A stretch of DNA of 64,000 bases from Paraphysomonas bandaiensis (Eukaryota; Protista; Chrysophyceae): assembly GCA_965644295.1 (NCBI GenBank), contig CBFFRP010000432.1:62001-126000 (forward strand), in the 5' to 3' direction. Numbering within the stretch: position 1 is the stretch's first letter; each line of letters opens with the position of its first letter. Shown in pieces: positions 40,852 through 54,123 of this stretch. Position numbers and translations under genes: made by a program. A model generated the notes under the pieces. It was not told the origin of the DNA. It saw nothing but the letters and a program-made list of their open reading frames with translations, and did no database searches.

Positions 40852-41771
40852 ATTTATACAGATCACACGGTTCAATATACTGAAATATATCTGTAGAGGT
40901 CACTTTAACGCTTTGGTTATATGACAACTCCTGCTGTACATTATTCATATGAAGAGCTTCATATCTTCAAAAGAAGGTCCAGAGGTCGCAACCAACAAAG
41001 AAGATATTTTTTCTTGTTCGAATTCCCACTGACATAAAAGAATTAGCCAATCATAAATATCTATTTTTTAATGATTGGATATGGTGACGACTAGGGGCAT
41101 GAAAGAGAGTTTGGTGTGTAACATATTCGCAAGTGATGCATGGAGATATCCTACGATGCCTTCTAAAGGTCCAGAGGCTGCTTCGAATGCCTATTTGACA
41201 GGATACCCATAACAGGCATTAGTCTACACATGTATCATGCGTGTGCGGGATGTCATCAGAGACGGTGAACTCTAAAACACTGTGGGTTGCAGTAACCGTG
41301 TTTCAAATGTAGTACTACTGTGTTTAATTTGTCGTAACCTTTGACTATCAAAATTCAGCATACCATCAGTACTACTAAACACTTGCATTGCAAGCAAAGC
41401 AGAACTATAGCCGACATGATTGGTAGCCACACACGGTGCGTCGCCATCTTGTTTCAGCGATCTAATTTTCGACGTTGAGTTATAGCATCATCACGTTGAT
41501 TCTGGATTGATCTATTCCAATTTCGCTTAATATTTGAGGAGTTGATATAGAATACCATCGGCACAAGACATGACATCATATTTTCATCGGATTGTTAACC
41601 TTTTGTAATTTACATTTATTCCTAGATTCTAGTCATGGAAGGAGAATGGCATTTAATAAATATTTACATTAATTATTAAACTTATTCAAGTCGTATGGAA
41701 TGTATAGTAACCACAAAATCACTGATGATAGCAAGTTTACGTCATGGAAATGACAGGATTACGTATCTACA

Positions 41772-43371
41772 CTAATAAGCCTCAACAGGTAATACTCCTC
41801 GCTCAATATCGACGTCGCAGAGATCGTCTCTCCTACTTACACAGCACACAAGTTCCTTTCGCTTATGCCAATCCCATGGGATACTGTCAACAGAAACGCA
41901 GTCTTTCTGATATTCACTGTTAAACACCTCCGGATCAATAGCAACCGGCACATCTTCTGGCTTTGAAACTATGTCTAAACTATCATCCGTGCATGTATCG
42001 GAATGCCCCTCGCTGGATATCAACGGTTTTTCTTTATCCTTTTCTTCTCGTTTATACTCTCCTAAAGTTACTGCTCCCACCCCTGCCATAACAACAGCCC
42101 CTCCCACCCACGTTAGCATCGGGGGAAGGGCCTCAATTCCAGCTACGTATGCCATCACACCACTCAGCACCGGGTCCGTCAGGATGCAAGAGGAAAATAC
42201 CAGAGGAGATACAAACTGAACAGCGTAGTTATAACCTGCGATGCATACACCCACAATAGCAGCAAATATCATCATGCGGGATAACCACTCCGTGGAGGCC
42301 CAGCCCAATAATGAACCCGACCCAGCATCTACTACCAGGTGGATTAGAGAAGCGACAATGGCAACAATCAAAGTAGTTGAGGCCGAGTACTACACACAAA
42401 TAATATCAGTGATTAAATTTAATAAAATTTATTTATATGGACATAAAATTCAAGTACTACCTGGAAAAGTGGGACGTATTTCTTAATTTTATGCCGGTTC
42501 ATAATTACCACAACCTGGCACACTGCCGAGCACAGTCCAAGGAGGTCGCCAAACAATGCCACTCGTTCATTACTTCCCTCAGCAGATTCATCTCCAGTGT
42601 ATATTCCAAACAAACCCTTGGATCCAGCGATCAACATTCCGCAAATAGTGGCAGTGGTTCCCAACCATTCCAGGTTTGATATAGACTTTCCACTCACACG
42701 CAAGTACAATACCAATATTAGGGGATGCATGCTAGCGGCCAGGCTTGCGCGAATTACACTTGTGTACTTCAAAGCAGACACCCTGCTAGTGTGGTTACTC
42801 ATGACACGCAGAGTAGAAAATGAATCACTTACCATAGCAACAAATTTCCGGCCCATCCGAGGCCGGCAACGGTAACATGTACAAATACAGGGTAACGTAA
42901 ATCAGGCTTGCGTGACACCCAGTCAACACGTTTTTTCATATAATTGCACTCAACTAATGCCAGCGGTGTTAATAAGAAAGTCATACACTGACATCTCCAA
43001 GATGCTGCAAGAATAGGTGCAACACCGTGGTTTTGCAAGTACTTAAACATCGGTCCAATTAAGGCACCAGCCATCATAGCAAGAAACATGCAAAGCCACC
43101 CTACTATTTTCTGCTGGCAAGAATACTGTTGAGAAATATCTACATTTTCATCATTCTGATGCTCAAGTTGTTTCTGATTACTTCCGGAGAATTCCTCTGG
43201 AGTGACGACTTGGGGCTCCTCATTGTTTGAGTCATTCTCCCTGATTCTCCTGTCGCCTAAGCAAGATAGTTGTATTTCCGAAGGCAACTCCTGACTGTTA
43301 GACTCAGTTATACCTTTCTCTACCTCATCATCTAGCTGCGCATAAGAGCGAGCTGAAACGAAACTTAGCAT
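41772..43371 (-). CDS. EamA/drug-metabolite transporter (DMT) family protein
   Basis: Multiple TM segments; ILAASWR, ALFGDLLGL, SPLVFSSCILTDPVLSGVMAY..GIE. Confidence 0.8.
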
Positions 43372-43795
43372 CGCCACTCAATGTACAGTGACTACTAGTA
43401 CGAGAGCGTGTACACTTCACAAGAATAATACCAAAACTCATTTTAATTTACGTTACTATAAGTTCAAGGCCAGTAAATGGTGCGTAACATATGATGCGGA
43501 TTCTTCTTGGCCTTCTTAGTGGTCACATCTGTTCTAGAATTTCCGAGTTACATGTGTGCATATGCTGCTCAATGCTCAATCCAATCATTATATGGCGCTA
43601 CAGTAGTAATCTACACACTAAACAAAAGGTGGGATTTAAAGCAAAATCCGGGTTTTATGGCTGCTTTATAATTATCGCATATGCTGTCTCGAAGCCTCAA
43701 AGGTATGTTGGTGTATGCTGTAGCACTTGCATTCAAACTCTCCTATACTTCTGAACATTGCGATTGAACCGGGAAGTGTACCAGAGGTAGTAATA

Positions 43796-44800
43796 ATGAG
43801 CGAGACTACACAATGGGTCAAGAAACTATCATCGAAACACAATACACATTACTGGTTTAATACCACCAGTGGAGAATCCAGATGGGAACCACCTGAAGAT
43901 GTGCGTGAGTCTAAGAAGCCGAGGATTGAAAAGCCAGAGGAAGCTCCATCCACCAGAGAAGAGGAAGTGAAATCTGAAAGCTCTAATATTGATGTTGCAA
44001 TTATTGTTCCTTTCCGAGACATACATTCTGAACAGAGACGTTCCGAGCATTTAGCTCGTTTTATTCCTGAAATGACAGCGTATGTGCAATTTTACATTAG
44101 AATATTGTGCTAAATTATATTTTCTCTTTATGTTTGTAGTTTTTTACAGAAGTCACGAAGCAATTGCCATATATATATCATTGAGCAAAGCACAGATGAG
44201 AGGCGGTTCAATCGTGGAAAGCTGCTAAATATTGGCTTCGACATTGCTCGCAAAAAGGGCTGTCAGATATTTGTTTTCCATGACGTCGATTTATTGCCTT
44301 CATCCGATCTACTACATTATTATATCACACTTCCTACCCCGGGGCCGGTGCACATTGCTCGGGTATGGGAGCGGTACTCGAGAAACCCAGACTACTTCGG
44401 AGGCATTGTCGCCTTTTCCCGGGACCAATTTGAAACCATCAATGGATTTCCTAATAACTTCTGGGGATGGGGGGGGGAGGATGACGAAATGATTAAGAGG
44501 GTCAGAGAGTGTAATATGAAAACTTCCAGTCCGAATGAGGGCAGCATAGAAGATATGGAAGGCATGAACCTCAATGAGAAGCTACAGTTTCTCAGACAAC
44601 ACAGGGACTGGAAATGTCAGAAAAAGTGGGAGGTACTAGAGGAACACGCCCGTACGTGGAGGTCGAATGGTCTCAGTGACCTATGCTATAATGTTGTTGA
44701 TACCGTTGACATGAACTCGATGTGCACGAAAGTAACTGTTGATATCAAGTTGAATGGACATTGGACTGACGGTGAATGTAAATTCCGTACCGATAGATAA
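43796..44800 (+). CDS. WW domain + GT7 (beta-1,4-galactosyltransferase-like) fusion, 2 exons
   Basis: WW: WVKKLSSKHNTHYWFNTTSGESRWEPP; GT7: VAIIVPFRD, FNRGKLLNIGF, FVFHDVDLLP, YFGGIVA, INGFPNNFWGWGGEDDE; intron about 4080-base-phase GT-AG at 44080-44139. Confidence 0.88.
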
Positions 44801-45454
44801 CTATAACTGCGATATTGTTCGGTATAATGTTTGTTTTACGATTGTCACAATTAACACAAGTATAAGCAAGTAAAACTAAACTTTTAGGTTTTCTCTGTCA
44901 TAATATTGTTGTTGGTCAATATGATATTTTGGGAAAAAAGAACCAACGCAATGGTGCTTGCACACACTCAACAAGTAAAAATCGTTGGCATATATGATGT
45001 ACTTGTCATCTAACTATTTATTAGCGTAAAATGATGTAAAAACACTTCGTACAAAACAAAAAAGGTCCCATATACACGAATAACTTTTCACCTTTCATCC
45101 TTAACATATCATTATATTTTACTATACTCTTTCGTGTGGTCTCTTTACTATGAATAATGTCTTATACTACTTATCATGACTTAAACCGATATAAATCAAC
45201 TTTCAAAACAACAAACACCTATATATGCACAACGAACTTCTGAGATATCAAGTATTGCAAACGAACATGCATGCCGATCATCAATCACTAGGTGTGATGA
45301 CCGTGAAGCATATCAGTGAAATACTTATAATCAATACCGATATAATCAATACCGAGTATTGAACAATTTTATACAAGCGACATACCATGGCGGTGAGGCG
45401 CATATGTACAATTCATACCGCCACGTAAGTGCTACAGTAACTAGAACAAGGAAA

Positions 45455-46336
45455 TTAAACAAGCTCTTGTTGTGAGTCTATCTTTGTGAGCCTCTCACGG
45501 ATTACAGGCACACATCCAAGTACCCAATGTAAGTTCACTTTCTTATTCAACACCCTCATTCGGGCAAGTATGAGAGTTTGTACGTGGAGGTATCCTCCAT
45601 ATCCTGCAGCTATATGCCAAATTACGTGCAACGTAAAGCCATTTGCCGCATGATAGAGAGGGAGCAGATGATCGCACATATTCATATCAATCACCCAGCA
45701 TGATGCACCTATAAGAATAAAAGATCCAATACCAGAGAGAAACACTTGTCGGATAAGAACATCATCAGACCGTTCGAAAACGTAAAACATAGTCCATACA
45801 GCCACCGCAGCAACTGTAAGCACGTATCCGAATATGAAGAAACCATATAAGGAGCGCATTGAATAGTATATATAAGTGACGCCTATAGCAAATATGGAAA
45901 GTAACACGGAGAGACTCTCCAGTCGCCTGGAGGGTGTACTCTTCATACGAATAAGAATAAACAGAGCGGCAATGTTACACCATAGCATGGGGAGCTCATC
46001 AAGGCTCTGCGGGAACCAGTGTAGAGTTGCGTGCAGAGCTACTGAACCAAGACCGATGGCAACAATAAGAACATAAGATGTGAAAAACATCCATTCCTTC
46101 GTTGGGTTGCTGTAAAGTATACCAATAATTCCAAGTAATGATATGAATAGTGAGCTGACTGTGTTGAACGGTTCCACCACATAGTCCGTCGAAATATAGT
46201 CAGGTTCACAGAAATTCACCTACAAGATTGTTATGACAAAACAAATCAACTCCATATCACTTACTGAGGAGCTGTGTGGAAGCCAATAGCCTTGAGACAC
46301 CGTCTCGCCACTGACGTCTTGAACATCTAACACCAT
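45455..46336 (-). CDS. Alkaline ceramidase (CREST family)
   Basis: GYW...SS|VNFCEPDY, EPFNTVS, GLGSVALHATL, QSLDELPM, LHVIWHI. Confidence 0.9.
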
Positions 46337-46795
46337 GTTGTAATTGGAGGGTTGAAGGAAACAGATGATGATATAAATAAGAAACTGATGACACTGTAAA
46401 TGTTTTAGTGATGAATGTACCGCACAGTGTCTTCAAAGAGAATTATGTTGATAGTTGTAATGAAAGCGATCGATAACGACATCATCATATGTAGAAGAAG
46501 ACGAAGAATATGTACATCAAGAAAAGAACAAAAATGATCCAGAATGAAGAAGAATCTGCTACTCCTCCTTTCTAAAGATGATGTATGAAAAATACGGAAC
46601 GGTATTCCAGAGGGTGGTATGTATTCTGCTGTAGTTTTGTAGTCCACAACTCTCAGTCTGCCTGAAGTCGAAGTGGGACACACCATATGAAGTAGAGAGT
46701 ACGCGAATTAAGGAGATGGACGGACATATTGGGCCTTTATAAGTAGAGGTGGGGAGTACTGTACGTCCACGTTGGGCTAGTTTCGGCGTGTTGTT

Positions 46796-49700
46796 ATGAG
46801 TACTAACAGCTCTGATGTATTAAATAATTGTATAGCTACTTCTGTGTGTAGAGAGCTTCGTAGTATACAAAATGCTCGACAAGATGTTTGTGTGAGTCAT
46901 TCGTACGTAGGTAACATTTGCAAAGTCAAGTTTGATGATGGTTGGTTCGTGGGTCGTATTGTTTTATATGCCGACCAGGAGAATAAGTTATTATGTATAT
47001 TTCCTGCGCCACATCATGATGTATGGATTGATATGAGTACCAGCAGCACGGATGTAGGGGTTATGTGTGAAGAACTTGTGTTGTACCGTAGAAGTCCGGT
47101 GTATAAGTGTGTTTGTACTCCTGCTGCACTGAGTCATTTGTGCCCTGTGAAAGACGATCTATTAGTATATGTAGAGAGGGTATATGATCATATCGCTGCA
47201 GAACCCACGGGGGAGTTTGTTCAAGATACTGACCTGTCGTGCTTCAGTCGGGTGACAGCCGACAATAGATTTCCCACGCATGTGGACGCACTGAAAGTGC
47301 TGGACAAAATAATTATTATCCGTAAGGTATACTTCTTTCACTCTGCAGTATCTACGCTAAGGTAGTGATGCAGAGAGTATATGAAGGATGGAAGCAATTT
47401 GTAAATACAGTCTTTATGGAGAATTCAAAGATCAGTCAACTCAGCTCTAACCAAAGGTCCCCCGTGCCCCACACTGACACTATGCAGCACGTATCTGGTG
47501 CAGGTGTTTCTGCAACCTGTGTCACGCCTACGACGCCATCTTCAGAAGTATATGTGTCAGAGTGTACAGCATCTTCTATTTCGACCAGTCTTCCTGAACA
47601 ACGTAGAAGATCTTCTGTCAGGCCGACGCCCAAGCTAAACTTTGTGACCACGTATCACCCTGAGAATCCCAAGGTTCCAGTGTATATGCGAGAGGAATGT
47701 CCTCTGCCTGGTTGGCGGAAAGTTGTCGTTGTGAAGAGTGGAAGTCGTAATTTATGTGGTTTGCCGTGGCCGCATTATGTCGCTCCTACTGGAGAGCAGC
47801 TTTGCAGCATTAGGGATATTCTGGAATATTATAAGAGGCAAGGGCATGGTGAACCCTCAAATATAGCAGCATTATTTCATTTCTCCCCAGTATTCTGCCT
47901 TTGCCACCATAGTAAGAGAGGTTTCTACATTGAGTGTGTGATGGGAGTTGCTGGTTGTGGAGGCTTGTTCCATCCTGAGTGTGCCGGGTGGGAAAAATGG
48001 GAGTTAGAGTATGAACGGAAAAAATATGACGGCGTAGTATGCCCGTTGTGCACTCAGCATATGGAGAGGTACCCTGAAGTAGAGAAAAGGTATTTCTGTT
48101 TGTTCTGCAATACTGTAGTTTGATGTATAATAACTCAGGTTCATTGCTTCAATTGACTTCCGCAATAGGTCTGGATACTCCACTGGTAGTGTTGCCAACC
48201 AAAGGTTGGTTTTTAATTATTTACTTTAAACTTGCTGATTAGAACTATATTTTTTATGGCAGCGTCTTTCGCAGGTACCTTCGCCTTACGAATGAAGGAC
48301 ACTACTACGTGACCTCTGGAAGTAATCATACAACTTCATCTTTTCCGGCGACTGCTGTTGGTTGTGATCTCACCCGTAAGGAGTCACCTCTTTTATTCCA
48401 CAGTTGCGGCAAATATGCGCACACTTTCTCCCAACCACATGAGGATTGGGGTTTTGTAAGGTTTAATGACCCGCAACTATGTTCTAACAGGTGAGAATTT
48501 CTAGCGGGTTCACAATTGTATTTAATACGAGGTCAATGTTGCTATTTGTTACTGTATAGTTCTAAAAGTCATCAGGACCTGTCAGAGACAAAATTGTTTG
48601 CTCCTGGTCGAGACGAGAATCAGATATTATCATCATTCCAGGAATCTACTCGTCATAGAAGTAACACATCGGACCCGGCGCCGATAAATATGCTGCCAGC
48701 ACTGGACAGTTCATGCAAAGGGAGTGAAAGCACCAATCGGAAAAATACTAACGTCAGTAACGACACGCCTAGTAATGTACCACAGATTCTCACTACCTAT
48801 ACCGGAAATATTTCTCCACTAGCGGGTCTATCTACCAGCAACAACACTCACAAGGGTCATGATAACTGTCCTAATAATCTTTCTGTACACAACACAGCTG
48901 TGAATGCTCTCATTCCATGGGTAGTAACAGAAAAGGTTGATGCGCTGACAGAGGAAGAGTTCGAGGAGGATATACGCGTTGCAACTAGAACTACCCCAAG
49001 TGCAAGGCGATACGTCAAAGTGATTGTACAGGCTGGATGGAAGAAGTTATTATCAGTGGATGCCATACATGCCGACTTGCGACGACGTCATTCAACTGAA
49101 AACGCGGATCTTATTGATGTCAAGTTGAAGTTCGGACTTATCAACGTTGCGAATAAAAAACTCAAGTCCGTGAGAAGTTCTGATGATACAAGACAACCTG
49201 TATTTGCACGACTTCCTTTTAATGATGGAGGTGTTGCTCTCACAACCATATTTCCTGGAAAAGTCAGATTGTTGTGTGAATACCATGACACCCACTGTGC
49301 ACATTGCTTCGATCGCGTCCGTATTGAGGAGGCACATCGTAGGTACTCTTATATTGGTAGTGGAACGGATATTGGAGTCGTTAATGATTGCGATGAGGGC
49401 CATTTGAGTCATTTGCGCACTGATTGTAGCTTGTCGGGAAGTTGTTGTTCGACAGTTCCTCCTGCAGCGCGGATGAACACTGATATAAATGGTGTTGTAG
49501 TTGCTGATATTGGTGGAATGAAGTATCAGCTACATCAGCATTGTGCTGAAATTATACGTGGTAACTATCTCCAGGCGATGGTCAGCAAGCACAGTAGATA
49601 TAGAGACGCTATCAAAGTACGCGAGCTGTGGGAATCTAGCTTAAAAAGTTGTGATCTATGTGGTCGGTTGGGTGGAGTGGTATACACATTTGATATTTTA

Positions 49701-50111
49701 AAGAGCCCTCCTTCTGACAGTTACCTCAAGTGCTTGATAGGTCATCCACTGTGCATATTATGGCTGGCTCGAAGTGGTGTTTTATATACGCCCCTTTTGG
49801 TTGCGGAATACTCTATGGGATTTGATAGTACAGGCGTTAGTAGAAGTTCAATGCGCATTGGTGACTGCAATTCTAATGATGGGTTGGATATACCCTCAGT
49901 ATCATCAGTATTCGACAATAGGTTCAATAAGTATAAATGTTCATTGTGTGGTAATCACATAGGACTAACTATTAAATGCGCTGATCCCACTTGCGTTGTC
50001 ATAGCTCATCACCTGTGCGCCTATATGGCCCCGATAGATGAAAAATGGTTTGTGTCAACTGACTCTGCCCTATTGTATTGCCCAGGCCATATTCCCAATT
50101 TTCTGCGTTAG
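46796..50111 (+). CDS. Chromatin reader with MBD-like, PHD and extended-PHD zinc fingers, multi-exon; 5' end uncertain
   Basis: LPGWRKVVV...YVAPTGEQLCSIRDI (MBD-like); FCLC...IEC...CGGLFHPEC...VCPLC (PHD); CSLC...GLTIKCADPTC...HHLCA...YCPGH (ePHD). Confidence 0.65.
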
Positions 50112-50908
50112 AGTAACTGTATTTCGAATTCTTTATACTGTTTGGCTTTTGTGTTTTCATTGTGCTTCATATATTGCTGATATTAGTCTATTACTTGTCC
50201 ATTCTATCGTCATAAAGCGCCCAGATATATATTGCTTACTTGTAATTCAAAACTGAGAAATGCAATAAGTATCAGAGTTGGCTATTGGCCAGTTACAATT
50301 AAATAATTTATGATCATTGAGCCATCATATACGCCTACAGTTTCTATTGTTTTTAAACCCACTGAAAACCTAATGAAATCAAAACAAAAAGATTCAGTAT
50401 TTTATCAAAGTGTAGCTGTATTCATATTCCAACTAGAAGCGTTTGGCTTGATTTGGCGTGTTTATTCTCAAAATTCACTACGTAACAACGGCAGTTTCAC
50501 AAAAATTATTTACACGCCCAAACGAAGTCATTCCAGGATTTAAATAAAATTTGCTGCTGGTTGCAGTATTCCATGAGAGAGATAATTCGTATTAGTTAGA
50601 ATAATAAGTACTTCGTACTTATTTGACTGAATATACTAATTAATGTTGACTGAAAGTTAATGGGTGAAATTTTATCGCATAAAGAAGCAGATAGGCATTA
50701 TTTCCTTCGCGTACTGTACATATTTAGCTAGCTGTGCTTTGAACTAATGCTTCCACAGAGCAATACGTATGGAGGCACAGTGCTATAGGTAAACATCTCA
50801 AAAACAACTACAAAGAAATAGAAAAACATAGACTTCTGATCAAATACCTCCTAGTTGAATTACCAACGAGTAGTCATGGGGTTAACTTGTGCAAAACACA
50901 AGACTGAG

Positions 50909-51517
50909 TTAAAGGTCCTTCGGGCTATCAATGAATTCAACTTTCTCAATATAAGACAGTTTCGGAAAGTTCTTTTTTAAGTACTTGTTACCCTCCATTT
51001 GAATAGACTGCTGATTCGGCTTTTCACCATATCCCGAATATATCTGGTCGACCACATCCATACCTTCCACAACATAACCAAATGGGGAAAACCCCATTGC
51101 GTCGAGGTTGGAGTTGTCAACAAAATTAATAAACATCTGTGTGGTACGACTATCTGCTCCTGATGTAGCAAAACTAATGCGCCCTCTAGTATTGGACTCT
51201 TTCACAGGGTCATCTTTCAGTTTTTGATCTCTCCAGTGCGCAGCGATCTCTGGTTTTGCAGGTATACCAAACTGAGCCATGAAGCCAGGAACAACTCGAA
51301 AGAAGCGCGCACTGTCAAACACATGTTGCTCTACCAATTCTCTCATGCGGGCTGATCCCAGTGGTGCCCATGAAGGGTTGATTTGAAGGGTAAAGCTGCC
51401 TTTCTTTTTATTGCCAAGATTTACAGTAAATTTGACGAAATACGAATCATCAGCAACTGATGAAACGGTTTGGATAAAGAGAAGTAAGAATGCACTACAA
51501 AGGGTAGAAATACGCAT
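50909..51517 (-). CDS. Cyclophilin-type peptidyl-prolyl isomerase with signal peptide
   Basis: MRISTLCSAFLLLFIQTVSS signal; WAPLG, FFRVVPGFMAQFG, SNTRGRISFATSGADSRTTQMFIN, PFGYVVEGMDVVD. Confidence 0.92.
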   Translation of the reverse strand: MRISTLCSAFLLLFIQTVSSVADDSYFVKFTVNLGNKKKGSFTLQINPSWAPLGSARMRELVEQHVFDSARFFRVVPGFMAQFGIPAKPEIAAHWRDQKLKDDPVKESNTRGRISFATSGADSRTTQMFINFVDNSNLDAMGFSPFGYVVEGMDVVDQIYSGYGEKPNQQSIQMEGNKYLKKNFPKLSYIEKVEFIDSPKDL

Positions 51518-52229
51518 GATGTTATATATATTCAATGCACTCAGAGATATGTATGATACATGTTGTGATTGTTGGTGTTGTATATATATGATACATACAT
51601 ACATACACTATACACTATACAACCTACCTGTACAACAGCTATATATACATACATACTACGTCGTAGTATACATCCGTGAGAAAAAGTGGAACAGGAAAAA
51701 ATCCCAGGGTTTTAGCTGTATACTGCGATTTTTTTGCCTGGTCGAATTTTTCCCGCCCACGCATGTCCATATTTATACACCAAATGATGTCCCATTTTAA
51801 GAGCAGCAACTCTGCTCTGGAGTACATATAGCTATTATTTATCAAAGGCTCTTGTCACACCCTGTGCAGTCACTGCGAAATCTATGCAGTCACATGTACG
51901 TCGCGATAGTAATGCACCCGGTATATCTTAGTATGTCCTCCGTATTTGATGTCTAACTGTACAGGGTGATAAGTGGCGTGTATAGGAAAACGTATTGTGC
52001 TACAAATGACAAGCAAGCAATAAAGACACAATGTGAGCATTGGGTTCTCATTTTTATTACTCGTCAGTTTTTCCATAGTTAGTCACGACTTACTACAAAT
52101 AACTTCACGCACTTCACCGAACGTCAAAGTTGGAGACTCACACAAAACAATGTAACTCCGCTGCAAGACTAAGAAAGAAAGAATACGGCTAAGTGCTCTA
52201 CACACACCTAGCCCATCATATAAATATTA

Positions 52230-54123
52230 CTAAAGTTTCGCCTCGTCATCATCAGAGTCAATACTAAACATAGGGTTGTTCCCACGACCATTACTGTGCC
52301 CCTCATATGCGTTGTCAGCAACTTGGGTTCTAGCATTGGCTTTCTGTATCAACCGCTGGGGTTTATTCGAAGGTTCCTTAACATCCTAAACAGCACATCA
52401 CTAAAAAACGATCACATAGTAGACACACTCACATCTAAGTTAGACCCAGCAGTTTCAGGTAAAAAGAAAGATGCAACTACTGCAACAAAGTTAACTAAAG
52501 CCAAAACGCACCCCACTACCACGGAAGTAAGAGATCTAGACTCAACCAAAAACGGAGAGAAAAAGGCACCAATACGTGCCATACAATTCGCCACAGCATG
52601 GCCACTGGCTCTAAGTTTAGTTGGGAACATCTCGGGTGTAGCAACCCAAGTGGCAGAGTTGGCTCCCATAATTGTAAATCGTGCAAATACAGCCACCACA
52701 GAGAGAGTTAGAGATGGTAAGTTCATACCCATTAGGAGAATTGCAACTCCAGCTCCAGCGTAGAGTGAAGCTTGGGTTCCTACGCGCCCCCATCCATCTA
52801 TCACTAATGCCGTTACGATCACCCCAAGAAGCTCCGATACCGCACTCATAAAAATAGCTTCGTAGTTGAAATCACCTGTGGCAAGTACATTAGCACAATA
52901 ATGAAACTTATGGGCATGTACATTTGAGTTCATCAAGTGACGTAGGTGAATCCTCAAACACCCTGGCAACGAAGAGAATGCATCCATAATCTATAATATA
53001 AACGACAAGGATATATCATATAAAATACTATGTCAGAAATAATAACGTATACATGTGAATCCGAAGCACATCCAAACTGTCCACAACGGAATAGATAGTC
53101 GTCTCTGTGCGGGTTTAAGGAATTCCGAAAACGCCACTGTCTCCTCCTTTTCAACCCCAGCACTACTGAGTGTGAAGTCAGGTAGAGTACTGCCATTGAC
53201 CTCAGCTGCATATTTGACTACATTGGCAGCCTCTGTGAGTCGACCTTGCACTACCAACCATCGGGGACTCTCAGGAAGCAATGCAATGCATGCAACCGAG
53301 GACAGGGCTACTGGAAGGGCGGTCAATATAGTTAACACCCTCCAGCCATCCGATGAGAGACATGCCCATGCAACTCCCGCAACGAACATTGATCCAAGAG
53401 TCCAAAACCCCTCAATATATATGAGGAATATACCACGGTGGCTATTTGGCAAGAACTCAGCAAGTAAATCAAAGGGCACAGTCACACCACCTACGTGGAC
53501 AAAATAAACCCTACAGAGCTACATATACGGATACCTACCAACTCCTATCCCGACAATGCAACGACACAACAAGAGAACAATGTAGTTAGGAGATACTCCA
53601 CTCACAAACCCAGCTATAGTAATAATGGTACAACCTAGCAAATAGGCACAGTTAACTGATATTAGGTCATCGTTTCACCCGTCACTTACTCAACATGAAG
53701 GCCCCTGAGAAAATATAATTAAATGCAAGTAGGAATATTGCACTCTCAACTTACCTCTACGACCGTACTTATCTGCAATAGGACCGAAGAACATACTACC
53801 CAACAACTCCCCAGCGAAGACAACGCTGGTAATTAATGCAATCTGAGCATCACTAAGATCCCAGTCTATCCCGGCACAAGTGCTGACAAATGACAGTAGC
53901 GATACTTCCTTCAATAAAATAGCTGTTAGTAACACACGCATACCCTTATAACACATATATAACCATTCCATCTGCCATGAAGGCCAAGCCACCTGCAACA
54001 TCGTCAATAGAGGCATCATACATCCCACAGCAGCATACATATGAATAGAAGCCGGTAATGAAACCATCCCACCGGAAGCCCCTCTAGCACTTGATCTAAT
54101 GTTTTGGTATCTTCCGCAGACAT
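52230..54123 (-). CDS. MFS transporter, SV2/SVOP-like, multi-exon
   Basis: MSAEDTKTLDQVLEGLPVGWFHYRL, GPIADKYGRR, DLLAEFLP..HRG, LPESPRWL, IDGWGR, TPEMFPTKLRASG, FLPETAG. Confidence 0.88.
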
